From IMG/VR virus record IMGVR_UViG_3300017903_001352, positions 1-34,006 of that record: a DNA stretch of 34,006 nucleotides; one strand, 5' to 3'. Position numbers and translations under genes: made by a program. This document shows, in pieces, positions 1 to 7,965 of the stretch. The DNA is from a virus. Lineage: Duplodnaviria > Caudoviricetes. The first letter of the stretch is position 1. Each line of letters begins with the position of its first letter. The notes below the pieces were generated by a model that worked only from the letters and a program-made list of their open reading frames with translations, searched no databases and had not been told where the DNA came from.

Positions 1-27
1 AGAAACCGATAACTAAATAATAAAATT

Positions 28-219
28 ATGTATAAATCATACGAAGAGGAGGAGGCTATTAGAGAATGGCTTACAACACAACATATACCAAGCTTGGCGC
101 AAAACATAGGATTAGATAAGGGCAAGTTATACCGTTTACAAGACGGATCTAGTAAAAGGCCTAGCTACAACCTAGTAAGAGAGCTTATACTCTATAAAGA
201 GAAGAAGGAAGCTAGTTAA
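28..219 (+). CDS. XRE/Cro-like helix-turn-helix regulator
   Basis: 63 aa with HTH pattern IPSLAQNIGLDKGKLYRLQDGSSKRPSYNLVREL; clear paralogue of 28060..28257. Confidence 0.7.
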   Translation: MYKSYEEEEAIREWLTTQHIPSLAQNIGLDKGKLYRLQDGSSKRPSYNLVRELILYKEKKEAS

Positions 220-539
220 TGTATGATACTGCTTTAAAATCTTTCTTAGCATACCAGGGACAAATACAACAAATACCGGCGTCGAATCATAAAGCTTTAG
301 TCTATGAATTCTGCGACAAGCTAAATATAGATTATGATAAGCTATATAATAAAAGCAGAAAGTTAGAATACGTGCGCTATCGTGCTCTCTTTTGTAATTG
401 GGTAAGCCTTGGCCACGTAGAGACTGCTAGAATACTAAATAAAAATCATACTTCAATAATGCACCTTAGAGGAACGCATAAAGAAAGACTACAGTACGAT
501 AATACTTATAAAAGACTATTTAAAGAACTATGCACATAA
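219..539 (+). CDS. DnaA C-terminal (domain IV)-like HTH DNA-binding protein
   Basis: KSRKLEYVRYRALF...VETARILNKNHTSIMH matches the DnaA domain IV pattern (SR..+VR.R...EIGR.F.RDHTTV+H); no AAA+ domain. Confidence 0.7.
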   Translation: MYDTALKSFLAYQGQIQQIPASNHKALVYEFCDKLNIDYDKLYNKSRKLEYVRYRALFCNWVSLGHVETARILNKNHTSIMHLRGTHKERLQYDNTYKRLFKELCT

Positions 540-547
540 TGACCCAT

Positions 548-626
548 CCCGTCTAGCTTGGTAACTATACGGGTTCTTGTTATTGTTTATCTATACCGTA
601 TAAGTTGAAAGCTATACGGTTTTTTT
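548..626 (+). ncRNA. Candidate structured 3'-UTR RNA / attenuator (hairpin, U/G-rich seed, terminator)
   Basis: Hairpin CCCGTCTAG/CTATACGGG 548-573; linker 577-592 complementary to 32361-32376 and 32659-32672; terminator 595-626. Confidence 0.5.
595..626 (+). terminator. Intrinsic terminator before the portal gene
   Basis: ACCGTATA (595-602)/TATACGGT (613-620) stem followed by a T-run. Confidence 0.8.
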
Positions 627-682
627 ATGAGTTTCAAAAATTGTAAAAAATCGTTAAATTACTTGCAAACTAATCTTATGCT

Positions 683-2077
683 ATGAATCTATTAGACCTT
701 TTGCCTTTTAGCTCGGTCAAGGCCCCAAATACCCGTATAGTAAACGAATTAAATAAACAGTTATTTAGATTCCACCAGGGTCTACCGATCTCTATAGATG
801 ATACTCAAGGGGCTTACATTGATGAAGGTTACGAATTAAATCCCGACGTATATAGCGTGGTAAATGGTATAACTAAAGCCGGCGCCTCAGTTCCCCCTAT
901 TGTTCACGTAGTAAAAAATAAAACTAAAGCGCTAAAATATCAGCAATATAAAAGAGCTAACAAGTCAAAGGTAAACCAAGCATATCTAGACAATATACTA
1001 GAACTAAAAAACGAAGCTTTTGAAGAAGTCCACGACCATCGGGACCCGCTTTATAAGCTAATAAATAATCCTAATCCGTTACAAGGATATCCGGAGTGGT
1101 ATGAGAATATGAAGGGTTTTCAGCTTATCACGGGTAACGGTTACACTCACTTTGTAGAATTAGGCGACGGTACATTTGGTGAGATGTGGGTAATGCCGTC
1201 TCAGTTTACTAAGATAGTCGCTAACCCTACTTATGAGTCATTAATAGAGTCTTACTTGATTGATATGTATGGCCACGAGGGTAAAAAATTAGACGCTCAT
1301 ACTGTAATGCACTGGAAATATTGGAACCCCGACTACGACGCCGTAGGCTCGCACTTGTATGGTATGAGCCCGCTAAAGTCAGCACGCAGATCTATACGAC
1401 TAGGTAACGACGGGGACCAAGCATTAAGCAAGGCTCTAAAGAACGGAGGGGCCTCGGGTGTAGTATTTCCAAGCGATCCGGATATAGAACAATTAACGCC
1501 GGCGCAACGAAGTCAACTAGAACAGTATTTACGCTCTATGCAAGGGCCGGATAATTATAAGTCTTGGTTAGTATCTAGTGTAAAATTAGGGTTTGAGCGT
1601 TTTGGTATGCCACCCGTAGACCTAGAGATTATAGAGGCGGGTAAGATGACGCAAAGAGATATATGCAACGTATATAACTTTCCGAGTGAGTTATTAAACG
1701 ATCCGGATAATAAAACTAATGCCAATAAAGAGCAGTCTAGAAAGCAGTTATATCTTGACAATGTTATACCCGAACTTAACAGAGACTACGCCGAGTTAAA
1801 TCGTTCTTTGGTTCCGGTATTTAACAAAGCTACGGGAACAAATTATCATTTAGATTTTGATGTACAAAGTATTGACGCATTAAACCAGGATAACGCCGAT
1901 AAAGTTGCGTGGTTAGAACGGGCTTGGTGGCTTACCGCAGACGAGAAACGCTTAGAGATGGGTTACGAGCCCGTCGGGGACAATAATAGATATATACCGA
2001 TGAATCTTATACCGGACTCACAAACCGAGCTAACCGAAGAAGATCTAAAGACATTAAACAAAGAGTATGGAGCTTAA
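683..2077 (+). CDS. Phage portal protein, HK97 family
   Basis: 464 aa; NPDVYSVVNGI, LINNPNP, LITGNGY, LYGMSPL, ICNVYNFPSELL and WLTADEKR motifs typical of HK97-family portals. Confidence 0.95.
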   Translation: MNLLDLLPFSSVKAPNTRIVNELNKQLFRFHQGLPISIDDTQGAYIDEGYELNPDVYSVVNGITKAGASVPPIVHVVKNKTKALKYQQYKRANKSKVNQAYLDNILELKNEAFEEVHDHRDPLYKLINNPNPLQGYPEWYENMKGFQLITGNGYTHFVELGDGTFGEMWVMPSQFTKIVANPTYESLIESYLIDMYGHEGKKLDAHTVMHWKYWNPDYDAVGSHLYGMSPLKSARRSIRLGNDGDQALSKALKNGGASGVVFPSDPDIEQLTPAQRSQLEQYLRSMQGPDNYKSWLVSSVKLGFERFGMPPVDLEIIEAGKMTQRDICNVYNFPSELLNDPDNKTNANKEQSRKQLYLDNVIPELNRDYAELNRSLVPVFNKATGTNYHLDFDVQSIDALNQDNADKVAWLERAWWLTADEKRLEMGYEPVGDNNRYIPMNLIPDSQTELTEEDLKTLNKEYGA

Positions 2078-2432
2078 ATATTTTAGTCAATCAGATTTCG
2101 ACAAGTGCGATCCGCCTTGTAGTATTAATGATATGAACCAAGATTTTTTAAAAAAGCTAGACATAGCAAGGCTAATAGCTGAAGTACCCTTTATAATAAA
2201 TTCTGCTTATAGAAGTGAAGAGCACGAAAAAGCGCAAGGGAGAACCGGCACGAGTTCGCATACAAAAGGTTTAGCGGTAGATATAAAAAGTATCGACAGT
2301 AAGACTAGATATAAAATTATAAGTTCCTTAATTTCAGTTGGTATTACTAGAATCGGTATTGGCAAGAATTTTATACACGCTGATATAGATACAGATAAAT
2401 CGGAAAACGTAATATGGCACTATTATGGATAA
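2067..2432 (+). CDS. Endolysin, peptidase M15 family (Zn D-Ala-D-Ala carboxypeptidase-like)
   Basis: INSAYRS...SSHTKGLAVDI...FIHAD: SxHxxGxAxD and HxD Zn ligands. Confidence 0.9.
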   Translation: MELKYFSQSDFDKCDPPCSINDMNQDFLKKLDIARLIAEVPFIINSAYRSEEHEKAQGRTGTSSHTKGLAVDIKSIDSKTRYKIISSLISVGITRIGIGKNFIHADIDTDKSENVIWHYYG

Positions 2433-2688
2433 AGAACTAAACCAAGTAAAATTCGACATTAATAAACTAGAAGCTATGATTGAAGTGCTAGCAAAAGACG
2501 TACAAGAAATTAAGGAAGCTTTAGTAGGTAACGAGTTCGGTCAAGAGGGGCTAGTAAAAAAAGTTACTCAGAATACCGAACAAATAGCCGAACTACAAAA
2601 GTTTAAACAAAAAATTATAGCTTGGGCCACCGGTGCCGGTCTTGGCTCTAGTGCTTTATTTAATGCCATATCGGAGATGATGAAATGA
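2425..2688 (+). CDS. Coiled-coil protein with C-terminal hydrophobic segment (holin/XhlA-like lysis protein)
   Basis: Heptad-rich N-terminus, IIAWATGAGLGSSALF C-terminus, directly after the endolysin. Confidence 0.5.
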   Translation: MDKELNQVKFDINKLEAMIEVLAKDVQEIKEALVGNEFGQEGLVKKVTQNTEQIAELQKFKQKIIAWATGAGLGSSALFNAISEMMK

Positions 2689-2990
2689 AAAAACCACTAA
2701 AAGATCGAAAAATTGTACGTATCATACAACAAACTACCGCGGGAGAAAACAAAGCCGGGCAAATTTTACACGGGACTCTCGATATTTTACCGTTACCTAA
2801 TCAATTCTTGGGCAAAGCCGTTAAGGCTATTTTTGCGGGAGAATTTGAACAAACTAAGCAAGAACTTAAAAAGGCTTTTACGCTCCGCAACATTGTGGCT
2901 ATAATTTTTACCATAGCCTTAGTTATGGGTTGGATAGAGCCTAGTGATGTAGAGGAGTTTAGTAAAGCTCTAAACGAAGTAGATCTATAA
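2685..2990 (+). CDS. Membrane protein, putative holin/lysis accessory
   Basis: One TM segment (IVAIIFTIALVMGWI); ATGA-coupled to the previous gene in the lysis cassette. Confidence 0.45.
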   Translation: MKKPLKDRKIVRIIQQTTAGENKAGQILHGTLDILPLPNQFLGKAVKAIFAGEFEQTKQELKKAFTLRNIVAIIFTIALVMGWIEPSDVEEFSKALNEVDL

Positions 2991-3040
2991 GATTTTTGTT
3001 ATCGTATGCCCTAGGTCTTGAAACGGTCTAGGGTTTTTTT
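2991..3040 (+). ncRNA. Candidate 3'-UTR antisense RNA ending in an intrinsic terminator
   Basis: 2994-3011 TTTTGTTATCGTATGCCC is the exact reverse complement of 29464-29481. Confidence 0.6.
3009..3040 (+). terminator. Intrinsic terminator after the lysis cassette
   Basis: CCCTAG...CTAGGG stem followed by T7. Confidence 0.85.
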
Positions 3041-3043
3041 ATT

Positions 3044-3841
3044 ATGTCCGACTCTCTACAACAACATAAAAAGTATATGGAATGGAAGGCTATTGACAAT
3101 AAACGCCAAACATTCCAAAAATATGCCGAAAGAATCTTTTATAAGGCGATAAGAAAGCAGTTAAAACAATATACCGACGAGGCTAAGAAGTTAGATAGAA
3201 TAGATTTCGATCTAGACGGAGTAATAACTATTGAGCCTATATATGACGCATTTACAAAGGTATATAAAAGAGTATTAAGAGTGTTTGGTCAAGATACATA
3301 CACTAAGCTACAATCTACATTAAGAAAAGAGATTACAATTAATTGGGACGCACTTACGGAACAATGGTTAGGCGGTACTAATTGGCTAGATGGAGCAGAT
3401 ACTACGAGTAAAGTAGCTTTAGTTACTGAAACCACTAAGAAGGCGGTACGTAAAGCCGTACAACTTGCATTAATCGAGGGCACTAGCGTACAAGATTTTG
3501 CTAGGGAATTAAGTTATATGCCCGACTTTAGCTATAGAAGAGGTGTACTAATTGGTAGGACTGAAATTATAAGCGCTAGTAATGCCGGGTCTTTATTAGG
3601 AGCCCAGGCCTCGGGTGTAAAAACTAAAAAGGTGTGGCTCTCTACACAAGATAACAGAACAAGGCAAGACCATATATTAACAGATGGCCAAGTAGTAGAT
3701 AACCTAGACGGTATATTCTACGTTGGAGAAAATGAGGAACCTATGCAGTACCCGGGCGATTCAACGCTAGGCGCTAGCGCAAGTAATACGATAAATTGCA
3801 GATGTACGGTTACCTACGAACCTTATGATAATAATATTTAG
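3044..3841 (+). CDS. Head morphogenesis / minor capsid protein (Mu gpF / SPP1 gp7 family)
   Basis: IGRTEIISASNAG, KVWLSTQDNRTRQDH, MQYPGD, INCRCT signature. Confidence 0.9.
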   Translation: MSDSLQQHKKYMEWKAIDNKRQTFQKYAERIFYKAIRKQLKQYTDEAKKLDRIDFDLDGVITIEPIYDAFTKVYKRVLRVFGQDTYTKLQSTLRKEITINWDALTEQWLGGTNWLDGADTTSKVALVTETTKKAVRKAVQLALIEGTSVQDFARELSYMPDFSYRRGVLIGRTEIISASNAGSLLGAQASGVKTKKVWLSTQDNRTRQDHILTDGQVVDNLDGIFYVGENEEPMQYPGDSTLGASASNTINCRCTVTYEPYDNNI

Positions 3842-4469
3842 CTATAATAGGCCGGATATGTTGGGCAAAGTTATAGAACAATGTCCGACTAAACCGATAG
3901 TAATAGACGACGGTAGCGACTTCGACCCTATGCCATTCGCCAAAATAAGCGAGTTTCATAGATTAAGGCACAAAGGAAAAAAACAATATTTTTTGAATTG
4001 GCAATATGCTTTAAAATTATGCGCCGAAAGTAACGACGACTTTTTTTTATTTTTACCGGACGATTTTTTAAACATAGATTACAAGACTATCTCGTACCTA
4101 TACGAGAATTTATACGGGGAGTACGTATATAACTTACTTAACGATGGACGTCCTAAATGTTGGACCACGATAAGACACAGAGAAACCAATATAGCCGGGG
4201 TAGACTCTATAAAAGTTAGTTACGCCGACGGGGGTTACTTTACCAATCGAGAGACTTTAGAGGCGATAGGGTTCGAGCAAGATTTTATAGGGTTCAAAAG
4301 ATTCGAGCGCCCCGATATTTCTAGCGGAGTCGGTGAGACTCAAAGTATAAAATACTACGAGAATAGTATACCTATGTATTGCCCTAAAAAAAGCTTATGT
4401 TTTCACGGAAACCACGAGAGCAAAATGCACAAAGAACTAAGAAAAAAACAACCATTAATAAGCCTATGA
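3825..4469 (+). CDS. Glycosyltransferase, GT-A fold (GT2-like)
   Basis: IIIFSYNRP, IVIDDGSD, FLFLPDDF motifs. Confidence 0.8.
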   Translation: MIIIFSYNRPDMLGKVIEQCPTKPIVIDDGSDFDPMPFAKISEFHRLRHKGKKQYFLNWQYALKLCAESNDDFFLFLPDDFLNIDYKTISYLYENLYGEYVYNLLNDGRPKCWTTIRHRETNIAGVDSIKVSYADGGYFTNRETLEAIGFEQDFIGFKRFERPDISSGVGETQSIKYYENSIPMYCPKKSLCFHGNHESKMHKELRKKQPLISL

Positions 4470-4639
4470 ATAAATTAGGTATTATATCGGGTTTAGCTTG
4501 TTTAGCTTGGGCCTTGTTTTATGATTGGCAAATAGTTGGTATACTATTATTATTTTTTATAGCAACTAAGACCGACACCGTTATACTAATAGATCAAAAA
4601 ATAGAACTATTGGTCAACATAATAAGCAAAAAGTTATAA
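4466..4639 (+). CDS. Small membrane protein (about 57 aa)
   Basis: ATG at 4466 overlaps the upstream TGA (ATGA), so it is preferred over the 4397 start; two hydrophobic stretches (LGIISGLACLAWALFY, IVGILLLFFIA). Confidence 0.6.
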   Translation: MNKLGIISGLACLAWALFYDWQIVGILLLFFIATKTDTVILIDQKIELLVNIISKKL

Positions 4640-4642
4640 CTA

Positions 4643-5311
4643 TTGGTCATTACCGCAAACCTTGCCACTATTAAGGCCCGTAAGCATACCCTACAAGGCG
4701 TAATAGATAGCCTAAAAAATCAAGTTACCACCGTTAGGGTATATGGTAACGATTATACGCCGGAGGTAGAGGGGGACAATGTAGAAGTATATAGCGGGCC
4801 GGATTATACGGATAACGCTAAATTTTTTTGGCTACCGATTAGCAAGGGTCTTTATTTGTCGTGCGATGACGATATAATTTACCCCCCGGATTACGTGCAA
4901 AAGATTTTAGAGGCTAGAAAAAAGTACCCAAATACCTGGCTAACATTTCACGGGAGAAAATTAAAAGGACTAGGCTTAAATTACTATACCGAGCACATTA
5001 GTTATCAATGTCTAAAAAATGTAGACGGAGATTATCAAATAGATGTGCCAGGAACCGGGGTTAGCGCTTTCGATACTAGCTTAATAAAGTTTGACCCTTT
5101 ACGTTGGAAATATTATAAAATGAGCGATCTAATGGTAGGTTTAGAGTTAGCTAAGGTTAATGCTAGAGTTATTTGCTTAGAACATAAAGAGGGTTGGATA
5201 AAAAGCGCAAAAAGCTATTCACGGGAGGCAATACACCGCAAGGAAATGAAAAACAACACTCAAAACGAAATAGCTAACTCTATCTATTTACTTTGTTCCA
5301 ATAGAGCATAG
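4643..5311 (+). CDS. Glycosyltransferase, GT-A fold
   Basis: ANLATIKAR...LSCDDDIIYPPDYV DxD motif, PGTGVSAF, MSDL; TTG start. Confidence 0.8.
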   Translation: MVITANLATIKARKHTLQGVIDSLKNQVTTVRVYGNDYTPEVEGDNVEVYSGPDYTDNAKFFWLPISKGLYLSCDDDIIYPPDYVQKILEARKKYPNTWLTFHGRKLKGLGLNYYTEHISYQCLKNVDGDYQIDVPGTGVSAFDTSLIKFDPLRWKYYKMSDLMVGLELAKVNARVICLEHKEGWIKSAKSYSREAIHRKEMKNNTQNEIANSIYLLCSNRA

Positions 5312-5399
5312 CAAACATTAATAGCGTTCTTATATCGGATTTATCTACGGCCCAATTATTTTGTAATTGCTCCGTAACTCTGTTAAATAATTTTTCCAT
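5280..5399 (-). CDS. Putative 39-aa minus-strand protein (below the ORF-track cutoff)
   Basis: MEKLFNRVTEQLQNNWAVDKSDIRTLLMFAMLYWNKVNR*; A-rich AAATAACTATT before ATG; fills the otherwise empty gap before the protease gene. Confidence 0.45.
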   Translation of the reverse strand: MEKLFNRVTEQLQNNWAVDKSDIRTLLMFAMLYWNKVNR

Positions 5400-5482
5400 A
5401 ATAGTTATTTAAATTATTTAAATGTAATTATTTACATTGTAAAATGATGTAAAAAATTTGTATTTTGTAACAAAGTGTAAAT

Positions 5483-6760
5483 ATGAGTTATACCGATTAT
5501 CCACAAAGTGCAACGAATAACGCTAAACGAGCTTTAAAGTATCGTGAGGAGTCCGGCAACCCTAAAGGATGCGGTACCCCGGTAGGATGGAGGCGAGCGA
5601 ATCAATTAGCAAATAGAGAGGCACTTAGTAAAGATACCGTAAAACGTATGGCATCTTTTAATAGACACCGACAAAACAAAGATGTACCATATAGCGAAGG
5701 TTGCGGGGGGCTTATGTGGGATTGTTGGGGAGGCACTTCCGGCATTGATTGGGCTATCAGAAAATCTAAAGAAATAGACGGGGATAAAATGTTAAAAGAA
5801 GAAAGCTTAAAAGTCGGCGACTTTGTAACGTGGAACTCCTCGGGGGGTAGAGCAAGGGGTAAAATAACCAGGATTATAAGAGAGGGCTCTGTAAATGTTC
5901 CCGATTCTTCTATAACCCTAAACGCGGAACCGGACGACCCCGTAGCACTTATAAGAATTTATAGAGACAACGAACCAACGGATAGAATAGTAGGCCACAA
6001 ATTAAGCACTTTAAGAAAAACAAACGCCAAAGATATGAACTTACCTTGGATTACTAAAGATACTAACGCTACTATAAAGGGCGTAGATATGGACCGTAGG
6101 ATAATAGAGGGCTATTATTCTGTTTTTGATTTTAAAGACTCCGACGGCGACGTTATGGTAAAGGGTTGCTACGAAAAAACCATAAAAGAGAACGGACCCA
6201 ATGGAAGTAATAGAATAGTACACCTATATCAACACGATCCGCTACAAGTATTAGGCCGGCCAATGGCTTTATTAGAGGATGAGAAGGGTTTGTACTTTAG
6301 AACAATGATAGCCGATACTACTCTAGGTACTGACGTATTAAAATTATATAGAGACGGCGTATTAAAAGAGCACTCCGTAGGTATAAACTTTATACAACGA
6401 GACTACGATAGTCAAAGCGATTGTTATATGGTAAAAGAGTGTAAGATGTGGGAAGGCTCTACAGTTACTTGGGGAGCTAACGAGCTAAGTATAGGCGGTT
6501 TAGCTAAGGGTGTAAAAAGAGATTTAATAGACCAATATAAAGACCTCTCTAAAGCGTTTCATACGGGAGATTATACCGATGAGACTTTTAGACTTATAGA
6601 GGCGCAAATTAAACATATAGAGCAAACGTTAAAAAATTCACTTCATAATGAAGAGCCGGCTCTAGCCACTCAAAAGGACGAAGCCGAATTAGTTCGCGAT
6701 GTGTTTAATAAGTTCAATCAATCATTAAACTTTGAAAAGGAGTTCAAAAAATGGATTTAG
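5483..6760 (+). CDS. HK97-family prohead protease with two extra N-terminal domains
   Basis: C-terminal half IIEGYYSVF..DSDGD, HLYQHD, GLYF, HSVG, WEGSTVTWGAN; middle domain LKVGDFVTWNSSGG...VGHK resembles DUF2945/Hva1-Tudor. Confidence 0.9.
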   Translation: MSYTDYPQSATNNAKRALKYREESGNPKGCGTPVGWRRANQLANREALSKDTVKRMASFNRHRQNKDVPYSEGCGGLMWDCWGGTSGIDWAIRKSKEIDGDKMLKEESLKVGDFVTWNSSGGRARGKITRIIREGSVNVPDSSITLNAEPDDPVALIRIYRDNEPTDRIVGHKLSTLRKTNAKDMNLPWITKDTNATIKGVDMDRRIIEGYYSVFDFKDSDGDVMVKGCYEKTIKENGPNGSNRIVHLYQHDPLQVLGRPMALLEDEKGLYFRTMIADTTLGTDVLKLYRDGVLKEHSVGINFIQRDYDSQSDCYMVKECKMWEGSTVTWGANELSIGGLAKGVKRDLIDQYKDLSKAFHTGDYTDETFRLIEAQIKHIEQTLKNSLHNEEPALATQKDEAELVRDVFNKFNQSLNFEKEFKKWI

Positions 6761-7965
6761 AAAAAACTTTATCCGAGGGGCTAGAGTCAGTAAAAGGACA
6801 CGTAGATACCCTAAAGAATGACCTCGAAGCTCGTTACGACAAGCTACAAGAGGAAGTAAAAAACGCCGGTGTAGCTGATGAGGCTACTAAGAGCGAAATT
6901 AAAAACCTAGAAGAAATTATTGCCTCTCAAAAAGAGCGTTTAGAAGCTATTGAGAAAAACGGTAATAGACTAGGTGCTAACGGTGAGTCTGTTTCTATGA
7001 AGTCTCAAGTACAAGAAGCCCTAGAAGGGAAAGGCGTACAAGATCAAATAGATGCCTTTAAAGCGGGTCAAATTTCCGGCTTTACTATGGACACCAAAGC
7101 GGTTATTACTGCGGGAGATGCTTATACTAACGATGTCGTACCGGCTGACTATGTTGCTGGCTTTAAGTATGACGCGGATCGTAAAGTACACGTTAGACAG
7201 TTCTTACCAAATGGTACAACTAATAGCGACAAAATCCGTTACATTAAAGAGAGTAGCTTTACCGACAACACCGGCGTAACTGCTGAAGGTAATGCTTCCG
7301 GTCAAAACGACTTTGATTTAACTGCGACTGACGCCGTTGTAGAGAAAATTAGCGCTCATTTCCGAGTGTCTAAAGAAGCTCTAAATGATACTGCCGGTCT
7401 AGCTTCTCATATCTCTCTAAGAGGTATGGAAAAGTATATGCTACAAGAAGATTCGTACTTACTATATGATTCTACTTATGGCCTTACTATAACTTCTACT
7501 GATTATACTCTAGACTCTTACACCGGCGACGCTGATGCTCAAGAGCACGATGTATTATTAGAAGCTATTAAGCAAGTAGAAAACCGTAACTTTAGACCAA
7601 GTGCTATTATGATGTCTATAAGTCGCTTCTATGATATGATTCGTAGAAAAGACGCCGACGGAAATTATATTTTCCCTACAGACGTAGTATTTGGCCAACG
7701 AGTACCGGTAGTACGTGGCGTACCTATCGTAGCTACTAACGCTATCAACGCTAACGACTTCTTAGTCGCTGACTTCCCACAATTAACTACTCTTTTCGAT
7801 CGTGAGTCTATGCAAGTTCGTTTCTACGAGCAAGACCAAGACAACGCAATTAAAGACCTAGTTACAGTACAGATTAGTGGACGTCTAGCGTTACCTACTT
7901 ACTTACCTAATGCGGGTGCTTTCGGTAGCTTTGCTACTGCGATTACTAACGCGGGTAACTCTTAA
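6751..7965 (+). CDS. Major capsid protein, HK97 fold
   Basis: 404 aa; coiled-coil delta domain then AEG, KISAHFRVSKEALND, KDADGNYIF, VRGVPIV motifs. Confidence 0.95.
   Translation: MDLEKTLSEGLESVKGHVDTLKNDLEARYDKLQEEVKNAGVADEATKSEIKNLEEIIASQKERLEAIEKNGNRLGANGESVSMKSQVQEALEGKGVQDQIDAFKAGQISGFTMDTKAVITAGDAYTNDVVPADYVAGFKYDADRKVHVRQFLPNGTTNSDKIRYIKESSFTDNTGVTAEGNASGQNDFDLTATDAVVEKISAHFRVSKEALNDTAGLASHISLRGMEKYMLQEDSYLLYDSTYGLTITSTDYTLDSYTGDADAQEHDVLLEAIKQVENRNFRPSAIMMSISRFYDMIRRKDADGNYIFPTDVVFGQRVPVVRGVPIVATNAINANDFLVADFPQLTTLFDRESMQVRFYEQDQDNAIKDLVTVQISGRLALPTYLPNAGAFGSFATAITNAGNS

Noticed and set aside
564-741. 11-nt complementarity between 564-574 and 731-741 in the portal gene
   Set aside because: Short, and the two sites are separated by the terminator; cannot be distinguished from chance.
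5497-5505. Perfect DnaA box TTATCCACA
   Set aside because: Single copy noticed, inside the protease coding sequence; one 9-mer hit in 34 kb of AT-rich DNA is compatible with chance.
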